The notes beneath the pieces are model-generated. The model searched no databases. It was given only the letters and a program-made list of their open reading frames with translations, and was not told the DNA's origin. A stretch of 64,000 bases of DNA from an uncultured SAR86 cluster bacterium (GTDB lineage Bacteria; Pseudomonadota; Gammaproteobacteria; Magnimaribacterales; D2472). The stretch spans positions 28,366 through 92,365 of the forward strand of contig CABXVU010000001.1 of NCBI GenBank assembly GCA_902515775.1. The letters are read 5' to 3'. Shown in pieces: positions 1 to 9,628 of the stretch (the stretch's first letter is position 1; every line of letters starts with the position of its first letter). The position numbers and the translations under genes were made by a program.

Positions 1-1
1 C

Positions 2-733
2 TCAAAACCCGAGGATATTAACACCCTAATCTCATTTGACGAAAACACACTATCATATGTATTCAATGCTGTAGAGGAAACAAAAAAATTACTGCCTGCG
101 GACCTTCCATTGATTGGATTTTGTGGAAGCCCATGGACTCTAGCAGCATATTCAATAGAAGGTGGTGGTTCGAAAGATTTTAAAAAAACAAAAAATTTCA
201 TGCAAGATCATCCATCAGCATTGCATGATTTTCTGGAAATTCTTTGTGATGCTTGCTATCGATATTTAAGACAACAAGTCTTAAGTGGAGTAAACGCCTT
301 GCAAATATTCGATTCGTGGGCAGACTTGTTAAGTGCACAGGAACTAGAAATCTTTTCTCTACAATATACAAAAAAGATTACTCAAAAGTTAAAAAGTGAT
401 CCAATTACAAAAAATATTCCAATTATTTTATTTGAAAAGGATCCTAGGCAGAAAATAACTGATCTTATATTTGATGATCTGTCCTGCATAAGTCTGCACT
501 GGAAAAATGATATTGAAGCTATATCTAGAAGCGTAAAAAATAATATTGCGATTCAGGGAAATTTAAATCCTATGATATTAAGTGAATCTGATGAGATTAT
601 TTATCAAGAGGTGCAACGAATATGCTCTATAATGTTTGAATATCCGGGGTTTATATTCAACCTTGGTCACGGAATTACTCCAGACATAAATCCTCAAAAA
701 GTACAGACAATGATCAAAGCAGCTAGAGAATAG
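2..733 (+). CDS. hemE: uroporphyrinogen decarboxylase, C-terminal part (5' end lies left of the window)
   Basis: The frame is open from nt 2 to the stop at 731-733. It contains PLIGFCGSPWTLAAYSIEGGGSKDF and the C-terminal FNLGHGITP motif typical of HemE. The M at 110 in the ORF track is an internal TTG (Leu). Confidence 0.9.
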   Translation, partial: SKPEDINTLISFDENTLSYVFNAVEETKKLLPADLPLIGFCGSPWTLAAYSIEGGGSKDFKKTKNFMQDHPSALHDFLEILCDACYRYLRQQVLSGVNALQIFDSWADLLSAQELEIFSLQYTKKITQKLKSDPITKNIPIILFEKDPRQKITDLIFDDLSCISLHWKNDIEAISRSVKNNIAIQGNLNPMILSESDEIIYQEVQRICSIMFEYPGFIFNLGHGITPDINPQKVQTMIKAARE

Positions 734-804
734 ACTTTCAAAATTTTTTATCTTCTTAACTTATTAAATAGTAAATAACATTATTCATTTGTTATGATGA
801 TTTT

Positions 805-1230
805 ATGAATAAAGAATCAAAACTAACGAAAAGTCTTCACTGGACCACTATTGCAAGTGAGAAAATACTTTTAGCTATTATAGGTATTGCAACTTGTATA
901 GCCTCTGCTTTATATATTTATGAAATGTTTCTTGCTCAAAGTATCACTTTGCCTGATCTATTTATGTTATTCATCTATGCAGAAATTATTGGAATGGTGG
1001 GAGCTTTTTATAGCACTAATAGAATTCCAGTGACCCTTCCGATCATCATTGCAATCACTGCATTATGCAGGCTTATAGTGATGCAAAGTAAAGAAATGGA
1101 TGCATTAGTAGTTCTTGGTGAAGCTGGAGCAATACTTGTACTATCACTTGCGGCAATTGTTATGAGTTTTAAAGATCAGGTTAGCTTAGAAAAAATTAAA
1201 CGCTTAAGAGATTCTATTTCCTCAGATTAA
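805..1230 (+). CDS. PsiE-like (phosphate-starvation-inducible E family) inner-membrane protein
   Basis: 141 aa with about 4 TM segments. The stretch LFIYAEIIGMVGAFY...IPVTLPIIIAITALCRLIVM parallels my recollection of E. coli PsiE (YFLYFEFIALIVKYF...[20 protein letters not shown]). Confidence 0.55.
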   Translation: MNKESKLTKSLHWTTIASEKILLAIIGIATCIASALYIYEMFLAQSITLPDLFMLFIYAEIIGMVGAFYSTNRIPVTLPIIIAITALCRLIVMQSKEMDALVVLGEAGAILVLSLAAIVMSFKDQVSLEKIKRLRDSISSD

Positions 1231-1276
1231 TTTTGAAGTATTTTGCGTATATATTTCTTTAAAAATAAGTAAATAT

Positions 1277-1567
1277 ATGGAGCCTTATAGCTTTGATAAA
1301 AGAATTGAAAATCTTATCAAATCATATTTTGCTGATAATAAAAATGTAAGCTATAACATTGATGCTGAAAAAATAAATATTCATTTAATTGAAGTAAACA
1401 ATGTTGATTGTGCATCTTTGGATGTTCAAAAAATTGATGGTTGCTTTAAAATTTATTTTTGGGATGGTTACTCTCAATCAGAGGTGATAGAGGTTAACTC
1501 TGAAAAAGACGCTGCAAGGACTATAAAAAGATTTTTAAAAAAACTAGTTAAAATTCTTAATCGATAA
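1277..1567 (+). CDS. hypothetical protein (96 aa, no recognisable family)
   Basis: Clean ATG-initiated ORF in a coding-dense context. I recognise no motifs. Confidence 0.5.
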   Translation: MEPYSFDKRIENLIKSYFADNKNVSYNIDAEKINIHLIEVNNVDCASLDVQKIDGCFKIYFWDGYSQSEVIEVNSEKDAARTIKRFLKKLVKILNR

Positions 1568-1747
1568 ATGAAAAACTTAATTAAAAAAACCTTTAGTAAG
1601 TTTTTTAAAGATAATCCAAGCAAGCTTTCCTCAAAGGCATTAAAACGGGCCAGTGAAATGGCAAAACCTAGAGCTGGAACTCCCCATGATTGGGAAGATT
1701 ATGAAAAATATTTAAAAGAAATAAATAAACAATCAGATAATAATTAG
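1568..1747 (+). CDS. hypothetical small basic protein (59 aa), absent from the ORF track (below cutoff)
   Basis: The ATG starts immediately after the TAA of the upstream ORF (TAAATG). Hand translation gives MKNLIKKTFSKFFKDNPSKLSSKALKRASEMAKPRAGTPHDWEDYEKYLKEINKQSDNN, ending at TAG 1745-1747. It fills an otherwise unexplained 176-nt gap. Confidence 0.3.
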   Translation: MKNLIKKTFSKFFKDNPSKLSSKALKRASEMAKPRAGTPHDWEDYEKYLKEINKQSDNN

Positions 1748-2265
1748 TCAATGTAAAGACTGATGTTCTTAATTTTTAAATCTACATTAAAATTTCTTCC
1801 GTAGCCTGCAATACTAATGTCCCTAATATTGCTTGCTTTCATCGAAGCAGCAGAAAATCCAGAGCTTGCTTTTAAATCCTTAAAATCAATTGTGTATTCT
1901 TGCCACTCATTTATCACATCAAATGACTTGCTAAAATATGACCAAGGCGGCATTTTTAACCCTTTAAGAGTAACGTGCACCTCATAAGATTCGTTATTTC
2001 CTTTGGCTTGAAATTTGATACCCTTAAAATCATTATTAGTGATATCTATTCTATTTGAAAGCCTTACAAATCCACCATTGTTTTCAGTTGAGACTTCTCC
2101 TGTCATTGTAAACACGCCATCATTGTGTGAGATTACTAACTTAGAGATTCCTCCCATTACTTGATCGGTGATTGGTCGCCATGTATTAGGATCATCAAGT
2201 TGATTTGAAAAAGCATTCATTGAAACAAAGATTAATAAAAGTAATTTAAGCAATATTTCAATCAT
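1744..2265 (-). CDS. secreted CIA30-domain protein (complex I intermediate-associated protein 30-like)
   Basis: N-terminal signal-like segment LLLLIFVSMNAFS. DQVMGGISK ... NNGGFV motifs resemble the CIA30 domain. Confidence 0.6.
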   Translation of the reverse strand: MIEILLKLLLLIFVSMNAFSNQLDDPNTWRPITDQVMGGISKLVISHNDGVFTMTGEVSTENNGGFVRLSNRIDITNNDFKGIKFQAKGNNESYEVHVTLKGLKMPPWSYFSKSFDVINEWQEYTIDFKDLKASSGFSAASMKASNIRDISIAGYGRNFNVDLKIKNISLYID

Positions 2266-2355
2266 AAAATAGATTCTAATCTAAGATGAAGAAAATAAGG
2301 AAAACTTTTCATTTTCAAACATTTTCTATAGCCTATATCCTTTAAGGAGAAAAAA

Positions 2356-4341
2356 ATGAGCATTCGTTATATCTTTGTAACTCTATTTTTAATAGGGTCT
2401 TTTAATGTATCAGCAAATAACTTAGCCATTGAGAGTTATTGGGATATCCAATCTGTAAGAAGTCCATTAGTAAGTCCTGATGGAAAAAATGTTATCTTCA
2501 CAAAAAGATACATAGATAAAAAAAATGATGATTACATCACTGAACTTTGGATTATGGATGGTAACGGTTCCAATAAAAGATTTCTCTTAGATGGATCTAA
2601 CCCTAAGTGGTCACCAGATAGTCTAAAAATTGCATTCATAAAAGAAGATGAAAATGAAGTGCCTCAAATATTTGTTAAGCATTTAAAAAATCAATCAGAA
2701 TCGAAGATCACTAACTTCAACGATGGTGTTGAAGATTATGCTTGGTCAAAAGATGGTGATTTCTTTTCATTTTCATCATTTAATGAATATGAAAAAGAAT
2801 GGGTTATTGAAATTCCAGGAAAAGATGAGGGAATTGATTATAACTGGACTGATGATCCGACTGTCGTAACCTCAATGCATTGGAGATCCGATGGAATTGG
2901 TGAACTAGAAAGTGGAGAGAATCATTTATACCTTGTAGATTCTAGCGGAGGATCTGCGATAAAAATTTCAGATTGGGGGTTAGATTATGTTGATGATTTG
3001 CAGTGGCTCAATGATTCCCAAATTTTATTTACCGGTAATGACTCATTAGATGATTTAGAAACTCCATGGAAACAATTGTCAGTTTTTATACTGAATGTAA
3101 AAAATAAAAAATTAGAAAAAATAACGAATCCTAAAGGAGTGTTCTCAACTCCAAAAGCATCGCCAGATGGAAATAAAATTGTTTTTACTGGTCATCCAAG
3201 CAAAAATTATTCCTCGGTAGCATTAGATATATATGTTATAGACATTGCTCGAGAAAAAAATGAGTTGTTAACTAAAGATCTCAGTGCTTCTCCTAAAAAT
3301 CTATTTTGGTTAAACGAAAATGAGATAGTTTTTGATCAAGATCATCGGGGATCTGCAAGAGTTATGCGTCTGAATCTTTTAAACAGAAAATTGTATGAAG
3401 CGATTCCAAGTTTCAAAGATCAATTCTATCTATCATCAACTTATCAAGATTCTTTATATGGGGTATATATAAACTCAAATAGACCAGGTGAAGTGGGCGT
3501 GATTTCTAACTCAAAATTAGAGACTCTTACGCAACATAATGAACTAATTCTAAGTCAATATGAACTTGGGCTCACAAATGAGATTAACTATAAATCTCCA
3601 GATAAAATGGATATCCAAGGCTGGTATATAACACCTCCAAATTTTGATAAATCTAAAAAATACCCCCTCATATTAGTAATTCATGGTGGTCCACACGCAA
3701 TGTACAGACCTGCATTTAATTATTCTTGGCATCAGTTTGCAAGCGATGGGTATGTAGTTTTATATACAAATCCAAGAGGCAGCACTGGGTACGGAAGTGA
3801 ATTTGCAAACATAATTGATAATGATTACCCAGGTGCTGGGGACTTGTCAGATTTGCTTGCAGGCGTTGATCATCTCACTGAAAAAGGATTTATTGATGAA
3901 TCAAAGATGTATGTCCAAGGTTGCAGCGGTGGTGGCGTGTTAACAGCTTGGGTGGTAGGTCATGATGATAGATTCGCTGCAGCTGCATCACTATGTCCTG
4001 TTACAAATTGGATCTCGATGGTTGGCACAACTGATATTCCTGCATGGACATTTGAATGGTTTGATAAGCCATTCTGGGAAGATCCTTCAAATTGGTTAGA
4101 CCGATCCCCTATTATGAGAACTGGATATATAAAAACTCCTACTCTGTTTATGACAGGTGTACTTGATATAAGAACGCCAATGCCACAAACAGAAGAAATG
4201 TATGTTGCTTTGAAGGAAGCAGGAGTTGAGACTGCATTAATAAGAATGAATAAGGAATGGCATGGAACAAGTTCAAAACCTTCAAACTGGTTTAGAACTT
4301 ATGGATACTTAACTGAATGGTATGAACGCTTTCAAAAATAA
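2356..4341 (+). CDS. S9 family serine peptidase (prolyl oligopeptidase / acylaminoacyl-peptidase type) with N-terminal beta-propeller
   Basis: Signal peptide present. Repeated SPDG propeller motifs. LILVIHGGPH, nucleophile elbow GCSGGG, and a C-terminal EWHG histidine. Confidence 0.85.
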   Translation: MSIRYIFVTLFLIGSFNVSANNLAIESYWDIQSVRSPLVSPDGKNVIFTKRYIDKKNDDYITELWIMDGNGSNKRFLLDGSNPKWSPDSLKIAFIKEDENEVPQIFVKHLKNQSESKITNFNDGVEDYAWSKDGDFFSFSSFNEYEKEWVIEIPGKDEGIDYNWTDDPTVVTSMHWRSDGIGELESGENHLYLVDSSGGSAIKISDWGLDYVDDLQWLNDSQILFTGNDSLDDLETPWKQLSVFILNVKNKKLEKITNPKGVFSTPKASPDGNKIVFTGHPSKNYSSVALDIYVIDIAREKNELLTKDLSASPKNLFWLNENEIVFDQDHRGSARVMRLNLLNRKLYEAIPSFKDQFYLSSTYQDSLYGVYINSNRPGEVGVISNSKLETLTQHNELILSQYELGLTNEINYKSPDKMDIQGWYITPPNFDKSKKYPLILVIHGGPHAMYRPAFNYSWHQFASDGYVVLYTNPRGSTGYGSEFANIIDNDYPGAGDLSDLLAGVDHLTEKGFIDESKMYVQGCSGGGVLTAWVVGHDDRFAAAASLCPVTNWISMVGTTDIPAWTFEWFDKPFWEDPSNWLDRSPIMRTGYIKTPTLFMTGVLDIRTPMPQTEEMYVALKEAGVETALIRMNKEWHGTSSKPSNWFRTYGYLTEWYERFQK

Positions 4342-4351
4342 ATATTAGTTT

Positions 4352-5539
4352 CTAAAGTGGCCCCTCAAAAGAAATCCCTGCATTTATAAGCCTTTTCATT
4401 AACGCATCTCCTAGCCCAGAGGCGCTGGTCAAGACCCCTCCATACTCTTCTCCTCCAGGAAGATTATCAATGTCCTTCACTAGGCATAATGCACACTCAG
4501 ATACTAGCTTTGAAGTAACTTTGTAACCGGGATCTCCTTTTGCATGCATATTAAAAACTGATTTCTGTCCATCCTCAGCTTCAATCAAATATTTACAATC
4601 AAACCATCCATTTTCTTGAATATCTTCTGAGGGACCCTCTCCAGGTTTTGGTAAAAATGGTTTTACTGCTCTCTTGAGCGGTGACATTAAAATTAAAACT
4701 GATATTCCTGTAACAATTATAGATTTGAATGCGCTCCACCAAGATTTATGATAAGCATGCTCCTGATAGGTAAAATTTGCTCCATAGGATTCTTGTCTTA
4801 GGCTTAACAATGCTTCGGTGCGTCTAACTACTCTGGTATTGGCATTTGCCATAATAAAAGGGCCTGACCAAGCATTGATTTCTTGCTTCTTTGCAATTCC
4901 TACCTTATCGCTACTCAAGTCTAGTTGCTCTTGAGAATATGAATCTTTTGGATTTAATAAAAACGGATCTAATAAATCTTTGCCAAGATCGAGGTCGCCC
5001 ATTGAAAACATGGTTTCAAGAGTTCCCCCTGAGGCGCCCCCCCTCCATGAATGAAATGATTCAATTCTTTTAATAGGCTTGTTGAGAGATTTGGCTGCAT
5101 AAAAAACTCCTAAATCTGATGGGATGGAATCATAGCCACAAGATGGAATAATTCTGATGCCTTTTGCGGATGCTTCTTCATGATGTTTCGCAATAATTTC
5201 TTTAACCCAGAAATTTTCTCCTGTTATATCTACATAATGTGAGCTGTTCTTGACACAAGATGCCACAAGTTTAGAGCCATATTTATGAAATGGTCCCGTG
5301 GTAGATAAAATGACCTTTGCCCTTGAAGTAAGCACATCTAAATGCACTTCGTTATCTGAATCGGCAATCAAAATCTCAACATCAACAGAATTATCTTCAG
5401 CTACTTTTTGAAGTTTTTCTTTATCTCTTCCTGCAATTGCCCATTTCACAGATGTATTAAGAGACTTAAAATATTTCACACAGAGCTGACCCGTAAATCC
5501 GGTTGCTCCATATATAATAATATCTATATCCTTTTGCAT
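4352..5539 (-). CDS. saccharopine dehydrogenase-like NAD(P)-binding oxidoreductase (SCCPDH / trans-acting enoyl reductase type)
   Basis: N-terminal Rossmann motif IIIYGATGFTGQL. A membrane-like segment lies near residue 270. Overall resemblance to the SCCPDH-like family. Confidence 0.7.
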   Translation of the reverse strand: MQKDIDIIIYGATGFTGQLCVKYFKSLNTSVKWAIAGRDKEKLQKVAEDNSVDVEILIADSDNEVHLDVLTSRAKVILSTTGPFHKYGSKLVASCVKNSSHYVDITGENFWVKEIIAKHHEEASAKGIRIIPSCGYDSIPSDLGVFYAAKSLNKPIKRIESFHSWRGGASGGTLETMFSMGDLDLGKDLLDPFLLNPKDSYSQEQLDLSSDKVGIAKKQEINAWSGPFIMANANTRVVRRTEALLSLRQESYGANFTYQEHAYHKSWWSAFKSIIVTGISVLILMSPLKRAVKPFLPKPGEGPSEDIQENGWFDCKYLIEAEDGQKSVFNMHAKGDPGYKVTSKLVSECALCLVKDIDNLPGGEEYGGVLTSASGLGDALMKRLINAGISFEGPL

Positions 5540-5601
5540 ATTTCTTTAAGTTTCGTATATATAATTTACAAATAATAAAGGAAGTTTATGTACAGTAAAG
5601 C

Positions 5602-6801
5602 ATGCGAATTTTAGCAATCGGCGGATCAGGAAGTATGGCGCGTTATGCTATGAGAGCAACTCAGAATTTCAGCGCTGTAGACGAAATTGTAATTGCAGAT
5701 ATTAATAAAGAGGCTGCAAATTCATTTGCATCCAATTTAAATAATAAAGCAAGCGCTATTCAACTCGATGTAACAGATAGCAAAGCTCTTAAAAATTCAA
5801 TGAAAGGTGTTGATACTGTGGTTAATACCTGTGGTCCATTTTTTAAGTTTGGAACACCCATCTTAAGCACAGCTATTTCCTCAGGATGTAACTATGTAGA
5901 TATTTGTGATGACTGGGAGCCAACGCTTGATATGCTAAACCTCGACTCTGCAGCAAAATCAGCTGGGATATCTGCCACCATTGGTCTTGGAGCTAGTCCA
6001 GGGTTAACTAACCTGATGGCATTGATCGCTATTCGTGAATTAGACAGCGTTAGTAAGGTCTTCACTGGATGGGATGCCGGAGGAACATCCATAGATGAGA
6101 CCGCAAAAAAACAATCTGTGAATGCAGCGATGATGCATGCCGTAGAACAAATCACAGGTAAAGTAAAAATATATCAAGATAGCACTTATAAAATGGTTAA
6201 GCCTCTAAAAAGTATAGATGTAAATTATCCAGGTCTAACAACCTTTACTGGGAATATAATTGGCCATCCCGAAGCATTAACCTTTCCGTATTATTTCAAA
6301 GATCTTAAAGATTCAATTAATCTTGCTCATGGAGGAAGCGTTGGCTCATTTGTCTTAAAGGCTATTGCAGAGCTTGTTAATGTTGGTTTGCTTAGCAAAA
6401 ATAAAGCAGCTAATGTATTTGCATGGTTGGAAAATCAAGGATCCTCTGAAAGAAATTTATCTTCCAACTATCTTCCTGTAATTTATGGTTATGCAAATGG
6501 TCTAAAAAATGGTGATCCTGCAAGTGTAGGAGTCTGTCTATCAAATGAGCAAAGAAATTCAGCATCAACTAATAATTATGATGCAATTGGCATGGGAGAA
6601 ATTACAGGGATTCCATTAGCCTGTGGAATAAAAATGCTGGCTGAAGGAAAAATAAATAAATCAGGAGTTTTTTCACCTGAAGCAGGTCATATTGATCCAC
6701 ATGATTTTATTACTGATGTATTAGATGAACTATCAAAAGCTATCAACAAACCACTTGGTAATTTTGAGGAAAATATCAGAATTAATAGATCATGGGAGTA
6801 A
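5602..6801 (+). CDS. saccharopine dehydrogenase family protein (NADP-binding domain)
   Basis: ILAIGGSGSMA Rossmann start. VVNTCGPF and GLGASPGLTNL motifs typical of the saccharopine dehydrogenase NADP-binding and C-terminal domains. Confidence 0.7.
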   Translation: MRILAIGGSGSMARYAMRATQNFSAVDEIVIADINKEAANSFASNLNNKASAIQLDVTDSKALKNSMKGVDTVVNTCGPFFKFGTPILSTAISSGCNYVDICDDWEPTLDMLNLDSAAKSAGISATIGLGASPGLTNLMALIAIRELDSVSKVFTGWDAGGTSIDETAKKQSVNAAMMHAVEQITGKVKIYQDSTYKMVKPLKSIDVNYPGLTTFTGNIIGHPEALTFPYYFKDLKDSINLAHGGSVGSFVLKAIAELVNVGLLSKNKAANVFAWLENQGSSERNLSSNYLPVIYGYANGLKNGDPASVGVCLSNEQRNSASTNNYDAIGMGEITGIPLACGIKMLAEGKINKSGVFSPEAGHIDPHDFITDVLDELSKAINKPLGNFEENIRINRSWE

Positions 6802-6993
6802 CGAAAATCCTGACTAATTTTGTACATTTCAAGTAAAAAAAGAGCTTTAAATACTCAAAACATTTAAATTAATTATGTAAAAAAATTGCTTATTTTTTAT
6901 ACATAAATTGAGAAATTTTTTGATAGACAGACATATATACAGGGTTTATATTGTAGCTATATTCTAGGATACGAAAAATTATAACGAGGTATT

Positions 6994-9588
6994 ATGGAAT
7001 CTTCTAAATTTCCTACAGATGCTGAAGTAGTAATCGTAGGAGTTGGTGGCATAGTCGGATCCATGTTGGCATATTGGCTGACAGAATTAGGTCAAAAAAA
7101 TATTGTTGGATTAGAAAAATCAACAATCATTCCTTCTGATATTGCTTCCACTGCACATGCTTCAGATTTTGTATTCAATACTACCCACGATAAGTTGGGT
7201 TGTTGGACAACAAACTTTAGTAGAAAGTTCTACGAAGACAATGGCTTTTTTTTAAAAAAAGGTGGTCTTGAAATTTGCCGAAAAGGTGATGAAGCAAGAT
7301 GGGAAGAACTTAAACGAAAAGTTGCATCAGGAAAAGCATTTGGTACAAATGTTAAATTAATATCAGCAGCCGAAGCAGTTGAAAAGTTTCCCTTACTCGA
7401 AGAAGACTCTATGATTGGCGCTATGTGGGATCCAGATGCAGGTTTGGTAGTTCCTCGATCACAAGAAGTAGTCAACTTTGCTGTAGAAACTGCTAAAGAA
7501 AAAGGTGCGCTTAAAACATTTACAAATACACCAGCCACAGACTTTGAAATAGAAAATGGAAAAATTGTTGCTGTTAAAACCGATAGAGGGACAATCAAAA
7601 CTAATAAAGTTGTTATTGCCTCAGGAATCTGGGGACCTTTAATGGGTGATATGGCTGGAGTGGGAGTTCCATTAATGCCTCTGGAACATCCACTGTTATT
7701 TTTTGGACCATATGAAGAGATTCAAGATACGGAAGAAATGCTTGTTTATCCTCTGCTCAGAGATCAGGGTAATTCAGCTTATGTTAGAGATACCGGAAAA
7801 TTTCATGGTGGCATGCTCGAATGGGGATTTTATGAGGATAAAAATCCTCGGTTAGTTGATCCTGCAGATATAGGAAATCCTGACAAAACTATGTTGTCTG
7901 ATTCTATGAGATATTTAGAACTTGAAGAAATCGCGGAGCCTCTTGAAAAAGCTTTTGAAACAACTCCAATACTCAGTGAATTAGGCTGGGATGAAAAAAG
8001 TTCATTTAACGGACTTCTATCTGTGACAGCTGACGCGGGCTCTTTAATTGGTGAAAGTCCTGAGGTTAGAGGATTTTGGTTATGTGAAGCTGTTTGGGTT
8101 AAAGATGGGCCTGGTTGCGCCAGACTATGTGCTGAAGCCATGGTCAATGGAAAAACTCAAGTAGACATGCACTCTTTCGATATATCAAGATTCTATCCGC
8201 ATCAAAAAGAGAAAGAATTTGTTAAAACAAGAGCATTTGAGAACTCTCAAACTATTTATACACCTGCTGTTCATCCTAGAGAACCATATATTACTCAAAG
8301 AGAAATGTTTGTAAGCCCATTCTATGAAAGAGAAAAAGAGCTTGGTGGTCATTTTGAAAATGAGGTTGCAGGTTGGGAAAGAGCGCTTGCTTATTCAAAC
8401 AACAGGGAAAAACTTGAACAATTTATAAACGACGTACCAATAAGAGAAAACGAATGGGATACTCGTCATGTGCCCTATGATGTTGCTAATGCTGAGCATC
8501 TGGCCATGAGTGATTCTGTGGGCATGATTAATCTATCTCACTTTCCCATTATGGATATAAAAGGTCCTGATGCTGAGCGCATGTTGGAATACCTGTCAGT
8601 AGCAAAAGTTGGAGGCAATACTCCTGAAGGTAGGGTTATCTATACGAACTTTCTTGATGAAGATGGTGGAGTGCATGCTGATCTAACCATTTCTCGCTTA
8701 GGAAATGATAGTTATAGAGTTGTGACTGGTGGCGCTGATGGGAATCGTGATTGGGTAATGCTGCGTAATTACAGAGATGATAATGGATTAAACGCAGACA
8801 TAAATATTAGAACTCATGATATTGCAACTCTAGGTTTATGGGGACCTAAAGCAGTAAATGCATTAAGTAATTTTATAGATCCGAATGAAATTGATATTAA
8901 AAATTTTCCTTTCGTCACCTCAAAAAATTTAACTCTTAATTTATCTGGTGGTAAAAAAGTTGATGTTTGGGCAGCTAGAATTTCATATGTTGGTGAGAGT
9001 GGATGGGAAATATACTTTAACAATGATAAAGATGATGGTTTGGCATTATATGATTCACTTCTTGAAGTCGGAGTGGTGCCAGTCGGAATAGAAACATATG
9101 CAAATAGCAGACGTCTTGAAAAAAGCTTTAGACTTCAAGGTGCTGATCTTGAAACAGAATACACTGCCATTGAAGCAGCAATCCAAAGACCCCTTGTAAA
9201 AGAAGCAGATTTTCACGGTAAGGCTGCTCACTTATCTCATCGCGAAAACGAACCATGCGCTATTCTATGCACCATGACATTAGATGATTTAAACGTTTCA
9301 GGTGTTCCAAGATATCCAGTTGGCATCTCTCCAATTATCGATCCAGCGACAGGAGAAGTACCTATCGATAGTAAAGGTAGAAGGTCTTACATAACTGGAA
9401 TGTCTTATTGTCCATCGATTAAAAAATTTGTTGTCATGGGGTATTTACCTAATAACATTGCCGAAGTTGGTAAATCACTATCAATGGAATATTTTAATGA
9501 AAACGGCGATGGAATATATCCAATGACGGTGCAAATAGTTGGCAAGGGTTCTCTATATGATCCAAAAAATCAGAGAGTTCGTGCATAA
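6994..9588 (+). CDS. FAD-dependent oxidoreductase fused to a GcvT-type folate-binding domain (dimethylglycine / sarcosine dehydrogenase-like)
   Basis: 864 aa. VVIVGVGGIVGS dinucleotide-binding fold. ASTAHAS resembles the covalent-FAD His region. The C-terminal half has aminomethyltransferase-like ISYVGESGWEIY. SD GAGG lies upstream of the ATG. Confidence 0.8.
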   Translation: MESSKFPTDAEVVIVGVGGIVGSMLAYWLTELGQKNIVGLEKSTIIPSDIASTAHASDFVFNTTHDKLGCWTTNFSRKFYEDNGFFLKKGGLEICRKGDEARWEELKRKVASGKAFGTNVKLISAAEAVEKFPLLEEDSMIGAMWDPDAGLVVPRSQEVVNFAVETAKEKGALKTFTNTPATDFEIENGKIVAVKTDRGTIKTNKVVIASGIWGPLMGDMAGVGVPLMPLEHPLLFFGPYEEIQDTEEMLVYPLLRDQGNSAYVRDTGKFHGGMLEWGFYEDKNPRLVDPADIGNPDKTMLSDSMRYLELEEIAEPLEKAFETTPILSELGWDEKSSFNGLLSVTADAGSLIGESPEVRGFWLCEAVWVKDGPGCARLCAEAMVNGKTQVDMHSFDISRFYPHQKEKEFVKTRAFENSQTIYTPAVHPREPYITQREMFVSPFYEREKELGGHFENEVAGWERALAYSNNREKLEQFINDVPIRENEWDTRHVPYDVANAEHLAMSDSVGMINLSHFPIMDIKGPDAERMLEYLSVAKVGGNTPEGRVIYTNFLDEDGGVHADLTISRLGNDSYRVVTGGADGNRDWVMLRNYRDDNGLNADINIRTHDIATLGLWGPKAVNALSNFIDPNEIDIKNFPFVTSKNLTLNLSGGKKVDVWAARISYVGESGWEIYFNNDKDDGLALYDSLLEVGVVPVGIETYANSRRLEKSFRLQGADLETEYTAIEAAIQRPLVKEADFHGKAAHLSHRENEPCAILCTMTLDDLNVSGVPRYPVGISPIIDPATGEVPIDSKGRRSYITGMSYCPSIKKFVVMGYLPNNIAEVGKSLSMEYFNENGDGIYPMTVQIVGKGSLYDPKNQRVRA

Positions 9589-9628
9589 ATAATTTACAAT
9601 ATAATATTCATTTATAGGGGGAAGCAAA

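Noticed and set aside
4891-5073. Many 60-125-aa ORFs in the track lie antisense to, or out of frame within, large well-supported genes. Examples: 4891-5073, 5892-6155, 7230-7598, 7830-8147, 8814-9023, 10305-10490, 12481-12663, 14702-14902, 15741-16485, 19294-19551, 20999-21292, 21516-21812, 23158-23364, 24975-25352, 30906-31236, 31931-32346, 34351-34710, 36232-36540, 42403-42657, 43107-43310, 46038-46244, 48140-48436, 49273-49485, 53376-54509, 54779-55778, 59300-61177 and 62844-63074.
   Set aside because: Each is fully embedded in a gene with strong family motifs. They have low-complexity or odd composition and no recognisable motifs. They are the expected shadow ORFs of AT-rich coding sequence.
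6802-6993. A possible glycine riboswitch or other leader RNA upstream of the GcvT-domain gene cluster.
   Set aside because: I found no GGAGAG...CACCG-type conserved cores or GC-rich helices. The region is almost pure AT.
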